DNA of 64,000 nt, taken from the NCBI GenBank assembly GCA_015233675.1, contig JADFXH010000002.1, forward strand, positions 14,794-78,793, given 5' to 3'. This stretch comes from Candidatus Omnitrophota bacterium (GTDB lineage: Bacteria; Omnitrophota; Gorgyraeia; Zapsychrales; Fredricksoniimonadaceae). The translations under genes were made by a program, and so were the position numbers. Numbering within the stretch: position 1 is the first letter of the stretch; every line of letters begins with the position of its first letter. Below are positions 63,926 through 64,000 of this stretch, piece by piece. Under the pieces are notes generated by a model that saw nothing but the letters and a program-made list of their open reading frames with translations, ran no database searches and was not told where the DNA came from.

Positions 63926-64000
63926 CTATCTTTACCGGGAATCGGGCAGAATACGGGTTGCAATATCCGATCATTAAGGCCATCCATAGTCATCCACAGC
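63907..64000 (+). CDS. UDP/GDP-N-acetylhexosamine 2-epimerase (hydrolysing), NeuC/LegG-like, 5' part only
   Basis: MSKRKIAIFTGNRAEYGLQYPIIKAI matches the NeuC-family N-terminus. The gene runs off the window. Confidence 0.65.
   Translation, partial: MSKRKIAIFTGNRAEYGLQYPIIKAIHSHPQ

Overview
The window looks like chromosome from an uncultivated diderm bacterium, since BamD, LptE, LpxL-like and Lnt genes are all present. GC content looks moderate by eye. Almost every gene is on the + strand; only rpsT, metF and one XRE regulator are on the - strand. I found no rRNA, tRNA, CRISPR array, transposase, integrase or phage genes.

The window falls into three parts:

1. 1-21 kb, housekeeping and envelope genes: bamD (partial), lptE, holA, rpsT, murJ, uvrC, ogt, ychF, prfB (with the canonical +1 programmed frameshift), secA, a 778-aa secreted protein of unknown function, lnt, a CheY-like receiver, an LpxL-like acyltransferase, a HAD hydrolase, gap and metF.

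2. 21-28.5 kb, envelope glycosylation and signalling: a methyltransferase-GT2 fusion, then a receiver-rich phosphorelay cluster. That cluster holds a sensor kinase, a single REC, an unknown internally duplicated protein, a REC-REC protein, a divergent XRE-cupin regulator, two small ORFs and a REC fused to a DHp-like domain.

3. 28.5-64 kb, one co-directional glycan-biosynthesis super-locus that runs off the window end.
   - It opens with 820 bp of gene debris.
   - A 6.5-kb cassette of C-C bond enzymes follows: acylating aldehyde dehydrogenase, two pyruvate aldolases, an ALS/YerE-like ThDP enzyme and a split transketolase. The cassette is bracketed by 27-nt direct repeats.
   - The rest covers a winged-helix regulator, many SDR epimerases/dehydratases, and a reversed-order HldE-like protein. 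It also has GDP-heptose-type genes (GmhA, HddA-like, nucleotidyltransferase), an Fe-S E1-type 3-dehydrase (RfbH) and a pyruvate-dehydrogenase E1 alpha/beta-like pair.
   - A legionaminic/nonulosonic-acid set is also present: LegB-like, CBS-nucleotidyltransferase, NeuA-, NeuB- and NeuC-like.

The most unusual signals are these:
- three independent ThDP-dependent enzyme systems plus DmpFG-type aldolase/dehydrogenase genes embedded in a sugar locus;
- a ~210-bp promoter-bearing conserved leader present twice, which I could not assign to a known riboswitch class;
- recombination scars and paralog pseudogenes (an rfbH remnant, a collapsed transketolase, a 23-codon ThDP-enzyme stub);
- a ~190-nt near-perfect hairpin element abutting a C-terminally short murJ.
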